Source: Candidatus Micrarchaeota archaeon (lineage in GTDB: Archaea; Micrarchaeota; Micrarchaeia; Anstonellales; Bilamarchaeaceae). Taken from it: DNA of 64,000 nt. How positions within the stretch are numbered: the stretch's first letter is position 1; every line of letters begins with the position of its first letter. Below the pieces are notes generated by a model, which worked only from the letters and a program-made list of their open reading frames with translations, searched no databases and was not told where the DNA came from. Of the stretch, positions 40,954 through 50,489 are shown one piece after another. The position numbers and the translations under genes are program-made. The stretch spans positions 1 to 64,000 of the forward strand of contig JAQBFN010000020.1 of the NCBI GenBank assembly GCA_032123335.1. The letters are read 5' to 3'.

Positions 40954-42492
40954 CTAATCAAACCTCTCTTCAATCATTTTCTGCAGCCCGGCCTTAATCT
41001 CCCCTTCATCCGCCTTATTCCCCGCAAGGTCTGCCATGTCCCCGCTAATCTGCCCCACATACTTCATAATTGCTTTTTTCTTGGTGCTCTTCTCCTTCTC
41101 CCTTCTTCTCCCTGAAAGGTGCTTCTGCACCTGCCTTCCCGCCTCCATGAGCGCATTCCTTATCTCCTCAACCACATCATCTTCCCCGGAAATAGATTGC
41201 TTTCCCGCAGAAGTATACGGCACATGCACACTGGCCAAATTCACAAGTATCGCAATAGGCTCCTCATCAAACTTCTTGATTTCGTACCTCTTCCACTCTA
41301 CGTTCTTTGCAGTCTGTGTTATCGCACATCCCCCCGCATCAAACAGAAGCGGCGCACGGTTCGCAAACCTCATCACAACTCCCCCCTTCCCTTCCTTATT
41401 TATGTCTCCCCCATATGCAATCCCCACCTCCACCACAAATGGAATCCCCCCTCTATAAATCTTAGGCGGCCTGCTTGTAACATAAACCAATTCCGGATTC
41501 AGGATATTGTTCAATGATTTCTCAATCTGCTCTTTTCCAATCGGAATAACCGAATCAGTAGCAGGCGCAATCCATTTCACCTTCCTGAACCCGACCACCA
41601 GCTTTTCCGCATCATCCCAGGTAAGCTTCGAGGGTTTCATGTCCAAATTCACTTCAGGAACAAGCTCCTTCAGCTCCTTCACCTTATTCAAACTAATGCG
41701 CGTAAACTCATTCTGCAGCATCGCAGACAACCGGTTATACTGCTTCGCTGCCTTCGCAATATCCAGCAAATCGTTTGCCCCAATGCCCAAAGGATGCGGC
41801 TTCACCTCCTGCGCCTTCTCCGGAAGGCCTTCCACGGATTGGGGGTATACAAACCTGTCCCCCTCCGGGCTGTTGAATACAATCCTTGCATGCGGATTCA
41901 CAATCGCAGTCCGCTTCAGGTACTCCCCAACCCCATATGCACTCTTCTCATATTTTGTATCAGCAAAAACCCCTTCCACTTCCAGCCCATGCTCCTCAGG
42001 AGGGCAATCCTCCCGCACAACCTCCGTAAGCACCGGCCTGTTCCCCTTAAAATCAATCCCCAGCTTGCAGCTCACTTTCTTTCCGAGGTGCTTTGAAACC
42101 ACGCTCACCGGCTGCCCGGTAGTAATCAATGAATACATTGTGCATCCTGCAGCCCCAATTCCCTGCTGCCCCCTCTGCTGCACATACCTGTGGAACTTGG
42201 TTCCCGCAAGCATCATCCCCAACGCTTTCCCCAGGATGTTCTCAGGAATCCCGGGCCCATTATCCCTAACCTTTACCCTATACCTATCATTTTTCTCAAT
42301 CTCTTCCACCCAAACTTCTATGTCCGGGTGTATCCCCGCTTCCCCGCAAGCATCCAGCGAATTAGTAATATACTCATGCACAATTGTAGTAAGCGAGCGG
42401 ATTTTCCCTGAAAACCCCAGCATCTGCCTGTTTTTCTTGAAGAACTCCGCAACGGAATATTCCTTGAACCCGCTAAATATGTTCTCAGCCAT
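40954..42492 (-). CDS. top6B: DNA topoisomerase VI subunit B
   Basis: EYITNSLDA, DNGPGI, RGQQGIG, RFANRAPL. Confidence 0.97.
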   Translation of the reverse strand: MAENIFSGFKEYSVAEFFKKNRQMLGFSGKIRSLTTIVHEYITNSLDACGEAGIHPDIEVWVEEIEKNDRYRVKVRDNGPGIPENILGKALGMMLAGTKFHRYVQQRGQQGIGAAGCTMYSLITTGQPVSVVSKHLGKKVSCKLGIDFKGNRPVLTEVVREDCPPEEHGLEVEGVFADTKYEKSAYGVGEYLKRTAIVNPHARIVFNSPEGDRFVYPQSVEGLPEKAQEVKPHPLGIGANDLLDIAKAAKQYNRLSAMLQNEFTRISLNKVKELKELVPEVNLDMKPSKLTWDDAEKLVVGFRKVKWIAPATDSVIPIGKEQIEKSLNNILNPELVYVTSRPPKIYRGGIPFVVEVGIAYGGDINKEGKGGVVMRFANRAPLLFDAGGCAITQTAKNVEWKRYEIKKFDEEPIAILVNLASVHVPYTSAGKQSISGEDDVVEEIRNALMEAGRQVQKHLSGRRREKEKSTKKKAIMKYVGQISGDMADLAGNKADEGEIKAGLQKMIEERFD

Positions 42493-42495
42493 GCC

Positions 42496-43020
42496 CTACC
42501 CCTTGAGTTTAATGGCCAGCTTCATCGCCCGCACCGTCTTAAGGTAATTGAGCACCGTTGTGTGTGGCGCCCCATCAAGAATCTTGAATATCGCTTCTTT
42601 TGTAAATTCCATCAGTTCCGCAGGCGCAATTATCGCAATTGTGTGCCCGTACATGCAGAGGTATGAATCCGTGGAATCCTCTATATCCTTCTTGATTTTT
42701 CCTTTCTCACCAATTACCCTTCCCGTCATTCTCTTGCGGGCATTCTCTGTACTAAACTGGTCCCTTAAATCTATCACATGGAATAGATAATCATCTTTAA
42801 AAAGCTTAACCGCTTCCGCAATTTTGAACCCCCTCCCAATCGCATGCACAACATCTTTTGCAAAAAATGCATCCGCACCGTCCCCCTCAATCGTCACTTC
42901 CCCCTCATCCTTCACGCTAATCTTCACATTATAATTATCTTCAATCATTTTTTTGTTCTTCATCTTTCCGCCCATAAGCTCCCCAACTCGCTCCTCAGGA
43001 ATTCGTATAATCTCCATCAT
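42496..43020 (-). CDS. KH-domain rRNA processing protein (Dim2/Pno1)
   Basis: AIGRGF, GRVIGEKG, GAPHTTVLNYL. Confidence 0.88.
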   Translation of the reverse strand: MMEIIRIPEERVGELMGGKMKNKKMIEDNYNVKISVKDEGEVTIEGDGADAFFAKDVVHAIGRGFKIAEAVKLFKDDYLFHVIDLRDQFSTENARKRMTGRVIGEKGKIKKDIEDSTDSYLCMYGHTIAIIAPAELMEFTKEAIFKILDGAPHTTVLNYLKTVRAMKLAIKLKG

Positions 43021-43024
43021 TGTT

Positions 43025-43975
43025 TCACCCCAGGCTCTTTTCTGCTTCTTTTTTTACTTCCGGAGGCAACCCCTCAGGAATCAGCTCCTTCGCCTTCGTC
43101 TTCCCATAAATTTTCTTTGCAAGCGCCCCCAGCTCATCCATTTCCTTCCCCCTCAATCTCGAAAACATCTTAGTAAACTCCCCCCCAGCCCCATCCTTTG
43201 AATTCCCAATAATGTGCTCCAGCGCCATCCTGAATATCTCATCCGGCTCATACACATACAGCCCCACCGCCTTTTTCGCAGCCGCCTCCACTTTGTGCAT
43301 CTTCAGTGTTTCCAGCGCCACCCTCTTCGTCTCTAAATCCCAGTCATCCATCATGTCCACAAACAATTTTGCAACATCCGCATCCCCGGGAAGCAGTATC
43401 GCAAGCGCTTCCATCGCATAAACCTGCGGCTCATTAATCTCAGTTCTCGCAATATTCAGCAACTCTCCCCTCACATGCCCCACAAGCTCATCATCCCCCA
43501 AATGCGTAATATAAGATAATGCTGCCTCAGAAGGCCTATCCTCACCGAGTATCGCCTTTATCCATCCCCCCACCAGCTCCTTATTATGCGTAAATCCATC
43601 CCCGAACGCCATCATCATATTGAGGTCCGGCCCTTTCTTCCTCTCATACAAATTGTTCAGCGCTCTCTCGAGCACATCCCCCCACTGCCCCATCACAATC
43701 ATCGTAAACAGGCACTTCGCAAGCGTAGCCTTCGGCACCTTCATCCTGTGCGCTTTTGGGGACTCCTGGAGCACGCTGCACCCTATGTTCACCAGCGCCT
43801 CCCGTATCCCCGCGTACTTCTCCACCAGCGCATCAAACCCTTCCCCTTCCCTATATGCCTCTATCATTGCCCAGAATATCTCCCGCGGATTCGCGTCCGA
43901 GGAAAGCTTGTGCTTGGACATCTTCACGATGTCTTCCGGCAGCGTAGGGGGAGGCTGCTCTTTGTTGTCCTGCAT
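43025..43975 (-). CDS. Helical (HEAT-like) hypothetical protein
   Basis: 316-aa ORF with amphipathic helical repeats, co-oriented with KH/top6 genes. Confidence 0.6.
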   Translation of the reverse strand: MQDNKEQPPPTLPEDIVKMSKHKLSSDANPREIFWAMIEAYREGEGFDALVEKYAGIREALVNIGCSVLQESPKAHRMKVPKATLAKCLFTMIVMGQWGDVLERALNNLYERKKGPDLNMMMAFGDGFTHNKELVGGWIKAILGEDRPSEAALSYITHLGDDELVGHVRGELLNIARTEINEPQVYAMEALAILLPGDADVAKLFVDMMDDWDLETKRVALETLKMHKVEAAAKKAVGLYVYEPDEIFRMALEHIIGNSKDGAGGEFTKMFSRLRGKEMDELGALAKKIYGKTKAKELIPEGLPPEVKKEAEKSLG

Positions 43976-44108
43976 CGCAATCCATCTTCTATTTAATAGA
44001 GAACCTTTTTAAATTCACGTCAGAGAATTTCCCACATCGACGTATTTCTCCTCCCCCAATTAAACACTAACCAACACATTTAAATACAACCTCCCACCCA
44101 ATATATAC

Positions 44109-44648
44109 ATGGGAAAAGCACTCAAAATCCAGCCCCAGAGGCCAATCCCGCTCCAGAGGGTTCCCAGCCGCAGGCAAATGCCCTTCAATCCCACTTCCAA
44201 ACAACTCATGTTCGAAAACACTGAACGCACCTCCCTCAAGAATTCCCTTGGGGAACGCTTCACTCTCACTGTTGAAAGATTGTACCCTGGTGGATACGAT
44301 ATAGAGCTCAAAAGCAAGGACAGGGAAGCAGGGCAACTCATAATCGACATAAGCCTCAGAACCTACAAAGAAAAGAACAAAGTTTGCATTTCCAGCATCA
44401 CCTGCTGGACTCCGAAGCTGCCGGACCAGGCTTACTCCAAGCCCCCCAAGGAAAACAGGGGCTTCGGAATTATCCGCCTTGCAATCCAGTTCGCAAAAAA
44501 AATCGCAAAAGAACAGGGCATCTCCCGCATTACAATCATGCCTTACTGCTTTGCGCTCAGGGACCATTATGTAAATTCCGGATTCAGGGAGGAGCCCGTT
44601 TCGGACACAATCAAGAAGCACGAACTTGTTATGCACCTGAAACAGTAG
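44109..44648 (+). CDS. Possible GNAT-fold protein
   Basis: ENRGFG motif-A-like, HYVNSGF. Confidence 0.5.
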   Translation: MGKALKIQPQRPIPLQRVPSRRQMPFNPTSKQLMFENTERTSLKNSLGERFTLTVERLYPGGYDIELKSKDREAGQLIIDISLRTYKEKNKVCISSITCWTPKLPDQAYSKPPKENRGFGIIRLAIQFAKKIAKEQGISRITIMPYCFALRDHYVNSGFREEPVSDTIKKHELVMHLKQ

Positions 44649-44766
44649 GGGCCGAAGCCTCAAGCCATTTTATGCCTTAAAGCCTCTCATTATTTGAACA
44701 GTTAGAAGCCGTGACATCACGCCTCGAAGCTCCTCATTAATTTAATTAGTAAATAGCGGGACTTCA

Positions 44767-44839
44767 AGCCGTGAACGAGAGTCGAACTCGTGACCTCGTG
44801 CTTACCAAGCACGCGCTCTACCAACTGAGCTACCACGGC
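44767..44839 (-). tRNA. tRNA-Thr(GGT)
   Basis: Reverse complement GCCGTGGTAGCTCAGTTGGTAGAGC...CTTGGTAA...GTTCGACTC...CACGGCT. Confidence 0.95.
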
Positions 44840-45006
44840 AAGTTTTTATAACCGCGTTACGCTTACGCAAAAACTTGCGTCAAAAAACACCGCATTACGC
44901 TACCTTTTTGGTTTACTCTGCACTGCTCCGGTGCATAAACCTGCACATGGGAGTATTGTTTTTGTTTTATTGGAAGGAAAAGATAAAAAGGGTAACTCTC
45001 CCGGAT

Positions 45007-45312
45007 CTAAACCAGGGAGATTTTAACGAAGACGCTGTCAGGCACTTTAACTCTGAGAATCTGCCTAATCATCTTCTCATCGCCCTCTACAATAACGAGC
45101 CTCTTGGAGATTCTCTTCTCCCAGTGCTCATAGGTGTCCGAACCATCCCCGCAGGGAGTTCTCCTCGGGTCAACCATGAGCCTTTTCCTGGGCATAGGCA
45201 CAGGCCCAGTAACGGTCATGTTCAGAGTACGGGATAGGTCCTTAATCTGGTCAATGACCTTGTCAAGGTCTCCAGGGGATTCCCCCTTGAGGATTATTTT
45301 CGCCTTCGTCAT
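45007..45312 (-). CDS. rps10: 30S ribosomal protein S10
   Basis: GPVPMP, RRTPCGDGSDTYEHWEKRI. Confidence 0.96.
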   Translation of the reverse strand: MTKAKIILKGESPGDLDKVIDQIKDLSRTLNMTVTGPVPMPRKRLMVDPRRTPCGDGSDTYEHWEKRISKRLVIVEGDEKMIRQILRVKVPDSVFVKISLV

Positions 45313-45349
45313 CAAATCACGTTTCCAAAATAAAAGGAAGGGGGAGAAG

Positions 45350-46603
45350 CTACTGCTTCTTCGGGACTACATCCAGCACGACACCAGCCGCAACTGTCTG
45401 CCCCATGTCCCTGATTGCGAACCTTCCGAGCGGAGGGAATTCTGCATACTTCTCAATCACGATGGGCTTGAGTGGCTTGAACTTAACCACTGCAACATCA
45501 CCGGTCTTGATGAAGTCTACTTTTCCTTCCTGGCCCTTCTTTTCCACAATCTCAATAATCTTAGCTGCAAACTGTGCAGTGTGGATGTGAAGCACGGGTG
45601 TGTATCCCACAGAGATTGCAGTCGGGTGGTTCAGCACAACTACCTGTGCAGTGAACTCGTCTGCAACTGTTGGCGGGTTTGCAGAGGAACCAAGAACGTC
45701 TCCCCTCCTGATGTCCTTCTTGTCTACACCCTTTACGTTGAATCCAACGTTGTCTCCGCACTTTGCCTCAGCCATTTCCTGGTGGTGCATCTCAATTTTC
45801 TTCACTTCACCAGTTGCTCCGGAGGGCATGAACACAACCTTCTCGTTAACCTTCATGGTTCCAGTTTCAATACGCCCAACAGGCACGGTTCCGTGCCCGG
45901 TGATTGTAAATACATCCTGGATCGGGAGCCTGAGCGGCTTGTCCATAAGCTTTGCAGGCACAGTAAAGCTGTCCAGTACAGTGAGAAGTGCCGGTCCCTT
46001 GTAATAAGGGGTGTTCTCAGAGTTCTTTGAAATGTTGTCTCCCTTGTACCCGGATGTCGGGATAAAGACGAGCTTGCTTACATCATAGCCCATTCCTTTG
46101 AGGAGCTTCTCGAGTTCTGCCTTGACCTCATTGTACCTTGCCTCATCATAGTTGATTGCGTCCATCTTGTTGATGAGGACCATAAACTGGCCGATTCCGA
46201 GCACCTTTGCAAGGAACGCGTGCTCCTTGGTCTGGGACTGCACACCATCTTTTGCAGAAACCACGAGGGCTGCTGCATCTGCCTGGCTTGCACCTGTAAT
46301 CATGTTCTTGACGAAGTCTCTGTGGCCGGGTGCATCGATAATCGTGTACTCATATTTGTCCGTAGTGAACTTCTTGTGAGACACATCGATGGTAACTCCC
46401 CTTTCACGCTCTTCCTTGAGAGTGTCCATCTCATAGGCGAATTCGAAGGTCGCTTTACCGAGCCTCTCCGCCTCCTCCCTGTACTTCCTGAGGGTCTGTT
46501 CAGAGAGCGCCCCAGTCTCGTAAAGGAGCCTACCCACACAAGTGGATTTACCTGCATCTACGTGGCCAATAAACACTATGTTCATATGTTCTTTTGCTGC
46601 CAT
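45350..46603 (-). CDS. tuf: Elongation factor 1-alpha
   Basis: [31 protein letters not shown]. Confidence 0.98.
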   Translation of the reverse strand: MAAKEHMNIVFIGHVDAGKSTCVGRLLYETGALSEQTLRKYREEAERLGKATFEFAYEMDTLKEERERGVTIDVSHKKFTTDKYEYTIIDAPGHRDFVKNMITGASQADAAALVVSAKDGVQSQTKEHAFLAKVLGIGQFMVLINKMDAINYDEARYNEVKAELEKLLKGMGYDVSKLVFIPTSGYKGDNISKNSENTPYYKGPALLTVLDSFTVPAKLMDKPLRLPIQDVFTITGHGTVPVGRIETGTMKVNEKVVFMPSGATGEVKKIEMHHQEMAEAKCGDNVGFNVKGVDKKDIRRGDVLGSSANPPTVADEFTAQVVVLNHPTAISVGYTPVLHIHTAQFAAKIIEIVEKKGQEGKVDFIKTGDVAVVKFKPLKPIVIEKYAEFPPLGRFAIRDMGQTVAAGVVLDVVPKKQ

Positions 46604-46768
46604 TTATATTCACCTATATATAATTTATTCTATAACATTTGCTTTCTACGTGCAGATGCACGAAAAGTAAGCATAGTGGTTATTAATAGACAGTCTTTTA
46701 AATGTTCCCCAGAGCCTCTCTCCTGCATTCCCCACCACCCTTATAATTCTATTTTCCTTATTCTCCAT

Positions 46769-47884
46769 ATGGTGGATGATATTTACCTTAATAAGCCAGA
46801 GGAATTGTTCGAAGCCCTGGAGCGCGAGCTTGAAGACCCGGAAAAGGTCGTCGCAGTCCAGATGGCTCCCGCAGTCCGCGTTGCAATCGGAGAGGAGTTT
46901 GGCTACGCCCCCGGAGAGGACCTCACCAAAAAAACGGTGGGTCTCCTGAAGCAATTGGGTTTTGACCATGTTGTAGATACCCCCCTCGGCGCAGACGTCA
47001 ACATTTATGAGGAAGCCTACGAAATACTCCACGCCCTGGAGCGCAACGACGAAGATTACTTCCCGGTATTTAACTCCTGCTGCATCGGCTGGAGGCTCTA
47101 CTGCTCCCGCACCCACGAAGATATCTGCAAGCACATCTCCCCCATTGCCTCCCCCCACATGATTACGGGCAGCATCATAAACCACTACCTCCAGAAGAAG
47201 CTGGGCAAGCCCCGCAAGGAAATCATTTCCGTAAGCGTAATGCCCTGCACTCTCAAGAAATATGAAACTCTGGAGCGCTTCCCGGATGGAGATCCTTATG
47301 TGGACTATGTCCTCACCACCCGCGAGCTCGCTGATTTCGCAAGAAAGAAGGGCCTGGACCTGAAAACCGCCCCAGAATCTGAATTTTCCGAGCTCCTTCC
47401 CGACTCTTCCAAGGATGGAGTGGTGTTTGGAGTGACCGGAGGCCTGGTTGAAGCCCTCCTCACGACCCTTGCACACATCCTGGAAGTTGAAAAGGAAAAC
47501 GAGCATTTCTTCCGCAATGATGATGAAATCAAGGAGCGCGAAGTAAAGCTCGGAGAATACACCCTCCGCGTAATCTCTGTCCACGGTTTCGCAAACCTGG
47601 AAAAAGTCCTAAAGGAAATCGAAGGCGGAAAGAAATTCCACTTTGTAGAGGTAATGAACTGCCCATATGGGTGCGTTGGCGGCCCTGGCCAGCCCCTCCC
47701 CGTAACTGAGGAAAAGCTCAAGGCCCGCGCCGCAGGCCTTCGCAAGGCCGCGGACAACAAGGACACAGTTGCCACAGTTCCCCAGGAAAACCCCACGGTC
47801 CAGAAGCTCTACCGCGAGCTTTTAGACCGCCCGGGCTCTGAAACCGCACGCAAACTCTTATATTTCCATAAGGTCAAACTATAG
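46769..47884 (+). CDS. hydA: Minimal [FeFe]-hydrogenase (H-cluster domain + SSU-like tail)
   Basis: APAVR, NSCCIGW, MPCTLKKYE, EVMNCPYGCVGGPGQP, ENPTVQKLY; 371 aa from ATG 46769. Confidence 0.9.
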   Translation: MVDDIYLNKPEELFEALERELEDPEKVVAVQMAPAVRVAIGEEFGYAPGEDLTKKTVGLLKQLGFDHVVDTPLGADVNIYEEAYEILHALERNDEDYFPVFNSCCIGWRLYCSRTHEDICKHISPIASPHMITGSIINHYLQKKLGKPRKEIISVSVMPCTLKKYETLERFPDGDPYVDYVLTTRELADFARKKGLDLKTAPESEFSELLPDSSKDGVVFGVTGGLVEALLTTLAHILEVEKENEHFFRNDDEIKEREVKLGEYTLRVISVHGFANLEKVLKEIEGGKKFHFVEVMNCPYGCVGGPGQPLPVTEEKLKARAAGLRKAADNKDTVATVPQENPTVQKLYRELLDRPGSETARKLLYFHKVKL

Positions 47885-47899
47885 AGTAGGTGCTGTTTA

Positions 47900-48133
47900 G
47901 TGTTCAAACTCAAGGTTCAAGACAAACGGGATGATAGCAAAGGTTCCGGAAGCAAACCTCCCCTTCCAACGAGGAGTGCAGAACAAATTCTCAGGGAGTC
48001 AAAAGAAAACCCCGGAATGCAGCGCATATGGGCATTCATGAAGGGCGTCAAGCCTGAGCCCGAAGACATTTTTAACGGTGATTACCTCATGGGCGATAAG
48101 CCTCCCAAGGGTACCGGGTTCAAGCTAAAGTAA
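47900..48133 (+). CDS. Small hypothetical protein
   Basis: AGGTG RBS-like sequence upstream; follows hydrogenase. Confidence 0.45.
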   Translation: MFKLKVQDKRDDSKGSGSKPPLPTRSAEQILRESKENPGMQRIWAFMKGVKPEPEDIFNGDYLMGDKPPKGTGFKLK

Positions 48134-48195
48134 TATTCTCCACCTTTCCCCACCCATCCCAACCTTTATAACTATTCCTGCACAAATATTCCTGT

Positions 48196-48510
48196 ATGAC
48201 CACTACAAGAAGCAGCGTTCCGCCTGTTCCTACAGCTACGGTCCCAGGACCGATCAAAGCAGGAACAATGCGCAGGCCGCTCGGAAAGAAACCCGATTCA
48301 GATCGGAATGAGCCTACTCTTACTGAATTGAAGGCAAGGCAGCCTCTCCCAGGAAGCTTCTCCGACACTTACCCTAAAGCAACCGATGATGATTGTGAAG
48401 GAAGGTGCGATTGCTGGGGCGATAATAACCCAAGGCTTACAAAAGAAGAAAGGGAAGATTTGGAAGATCGCTTAAGTTCCCACAAGGCGCCTTATGACCT
48501 GGGGAACTAG
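48196..48510 (+). CDS. Small hypothetical protein
   Basis: TATA box about 30 nt upstream; CEGRCDC cluster. Confidence 0.45.
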   Translation: MTTTRSSVPPVPTATVPGPIKAGTMRRPLGKKPDSDRNEPTLTELKARQPLPGSFSDTYPKATDDDCEGRCDCWGDNNPRLTKEEREDLEDRLSSHKAPYDLGN

Positions 48511-49034
48511 CTTCCCATTATTCTTTTTCCCATTCCAATTAACACAATTCCACCAAGAGCGGTAGCTACCTGCAGTGCGCCCATCGGAATCAACAATGCT
48601 TCCGGCAGCACTCCCGCAGCAAAAAGAAAATATGCCGGAAGGAATATCGCCCCCGCTTTCAGGAACGCAGAAACCGCACCAGCTTTCCAGAATCCCATTC
48701 CTGCAAAATGCTTTATCCCGTACACAAACAGGAAATTCCCAATCCAGATAAACGGAACCAAATACACAAGGAAAATTGTAAGGGGCCCAAACAACAATCC
48801 ATTCGCAATCGCCCCAATGCTCGGAAGCAATATAACCGGAAGCACACTATTTCCTCTCATTCCAAGCGCAGCAAAAACAAGCAGCGCATTCACCACGACC
48901 CCCGTAAGGATTTGTGGATGAGGAAACAGGAAAGGAATCGCGAATGCAATAAACGAAATCACAATCAATTGCACAAAATCCTTTCCAGCTGAAAATGAGT
49001 ATTCCCTTTTTTCCAGAGTAGTGCAAATCTCCAT
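48507..49034 (-). CDS. ECF transporter S-component-like membrane protein
   Basis: QILTGVVVNALL, LVPFIWIGN, QVATALGG; 5-6 TM. Confidence 0.7.
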   Translation of the reverse strand: MEICTTLEKREYSFSAGKDFVQLIVISFIAFAIPFLFPHPQILTGVVVNALLVFAALGMRGNSVLPVILLPSIGAIANGLLFGPLTIFLVYLVPFIWIGNFLFVYGIKHFAGMGFWKAGAVSAFLKAGAIFLPAYFLFAAGVLPEALLIPMGALQVATALGGIVLIGMGKRIMGS

Positions 49035-49087
49035 GCCCCCACTACTCAAGCTGATTTTATAAATGTTGATTCTTCCTGCAAATAAGT

Positions 49088-49141
49088 TGATTCTTTGGAG
49101 CTAGAGCTGTCCGCTAACGCGGGCTAAGCTCCAAAAAATCA
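49088..49141. repeat. Intergenic inverted repeat (15-bp arms, 1 mismatch)
   Basis: TGATTCTTTGGAGCT ... AGCTCCAAAAAATCA. Confidence 0.8.
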
Positions 49142-49326
49142 GTAGAAAGAGAAGGAGATGGTAAACCCGCGAAGGCTCCATCTCACCTCCCACACGACCT
49201 GCAAAGCAGGCAACCTAGTATTCCACACTTCATTTATATACCCACCGTTTCTATTCGGAGAAAGTTCCCCGCGTTTCCCCACGAAAATTCCAAAATGTTT
49301 ATATTCCTTGCTTGCTAGTTTCTCTC

Positions 49327-50466
49327 ATGAACAGGGCCCTGTTATTTACAGCTATCATGATTTCACTTTTCCTTATTGCCGGATGCCCCGGCGAAGAGAA
49401 AACACCAATCCCTTCAGAAGAAGAACCCACAATCTCCGTTGGAGGGTGGGTGGCCGAAGTCGAGCCCTCCTACGAGGAGGAAAAAGCCCAGCTATCCGAA
49501 ACCGCCCTGCAAGAACAGGATACCTCCTATTGCTTCAAGCTCCCCGCAAATGAGCGCGACGACTGTATCCTGCCTCTTTCCAACGATTCCCTTTCCAACT
49601 GCATCCAGCTGATAAAATACGATAACAAAAGAGAATGCCTTTTCTACCATGCATACAAGGATGAAGACATGTCCATCTGCGATCTTATGAGCGAAGCAGA
49701 CAAGGCAGAGTGCATCGAATACCTCTCCCCCCCATGCACATTCGTGCTGGACCCTGAAGAAAAGGGAAGGTGCCTTGCTTTTGAATACATGAATTATACT
49801 TATTGCAAAGATGAGGAATGCTACCTGGATTATGCATTTGAGAACAGGGATGCAGGCGCATGTGAAATGCTTGAATATGCAAAAAGGGAAGGCTGCCTCA
49901 GCTCCCTGGACTATGAAGACAGGTGCAAGGGCCTGGATGAAAAGTCTTACAAATATCAATGCTACTACATCTTTGCATTGGGGGAAGGCAACCCCACCCA
50001 TTGCTATTTCATAAACGGGGTATATGAAACAGAAATCGCTTACCAGTGCTTCACCCACTTTGCGGTGACGGATGGCAACCCTGCACTGTGCGAAGCAGTT
50101 GCTGTGCTGAATAGGTGGGACTGCTACACTGACTATGCATTGGAAACCGGAAACAAGGAAGGCTGCTATGCAATAGATACCCGCGCCCCTGTTTCCAGGG
50201 AAAATTGCTTCAAGGAATATGCCTATGCATATGACGATCTTGCTTCCTGCAATGAAATAGACACTGAATTAGTGCGCCAAATATGCTATTCCGCGCTCAT
50301 ATTCAGCGCAGAGGAACTCACAATGACTGAGTGCAATTCAATCTGGCTCCCGGACTGGAAAGACAAATGCTACCAGGAACTGGCAAAGCTGGAAGATACG
50401 AAAACCTACTGCAACTATATAGAAGGCAATGGAGTCAAGGAGAACTGCCTTTTAATGTTCAATTAA
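49327..50466 (+). CDS. Cys-rich repeat lipoprotein
   Basis: Lipobox LIAGC; repeated D-x-x-x-C-x(8-12)-C-Y units. Confidence 0.75.
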   Translation: MNRALLFTAIMISLFLIAGCPGEEKTPIPSEEEPTISVGGWVAEVEPSYEEEKAQLSETALQEQDTSYCFKLPANERDDCILPLSNDSLSNCIQLIKYDNKRECLFYHAYKDEDMSICDLMSEADKAECIEYLSPPCTFVLDPEEKGRCLAFEYMNYTYCKDEECYLDYAFENRDAGACEMLEYAKREGCLSSLDYEDRCKGLDEKSYKYQCYYIFALGEGNPTHCYFINGVYETEIAYQCFTHFAVTDGNPALCEAVAVLNRWDCYTDYALETGNKEGCYAIDTRAPVSRENCFKEYAYAYDDLASCNEIDTELVRQICYSALIFSAEELTMTECNSIWLPDWKDKCYQELAKLEDTKTYCNYIEGNGVKENCLLMFN

Positions 50467-50489
50467 AATTAGAATATTAAAAAATAAAA

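Noticed and set aside
41507..42547. 346-aa plus-strand ORF
   Set aside because: Antisense to top6B with no recognisable motifs
46220..46768. N-terminal 183 aa of the 554-aa ORF as part of the hydrogenase
   Set aside because: Overlaps EF-1a antisense and its promoter; homology begins at ATG 46769 after a TATA box
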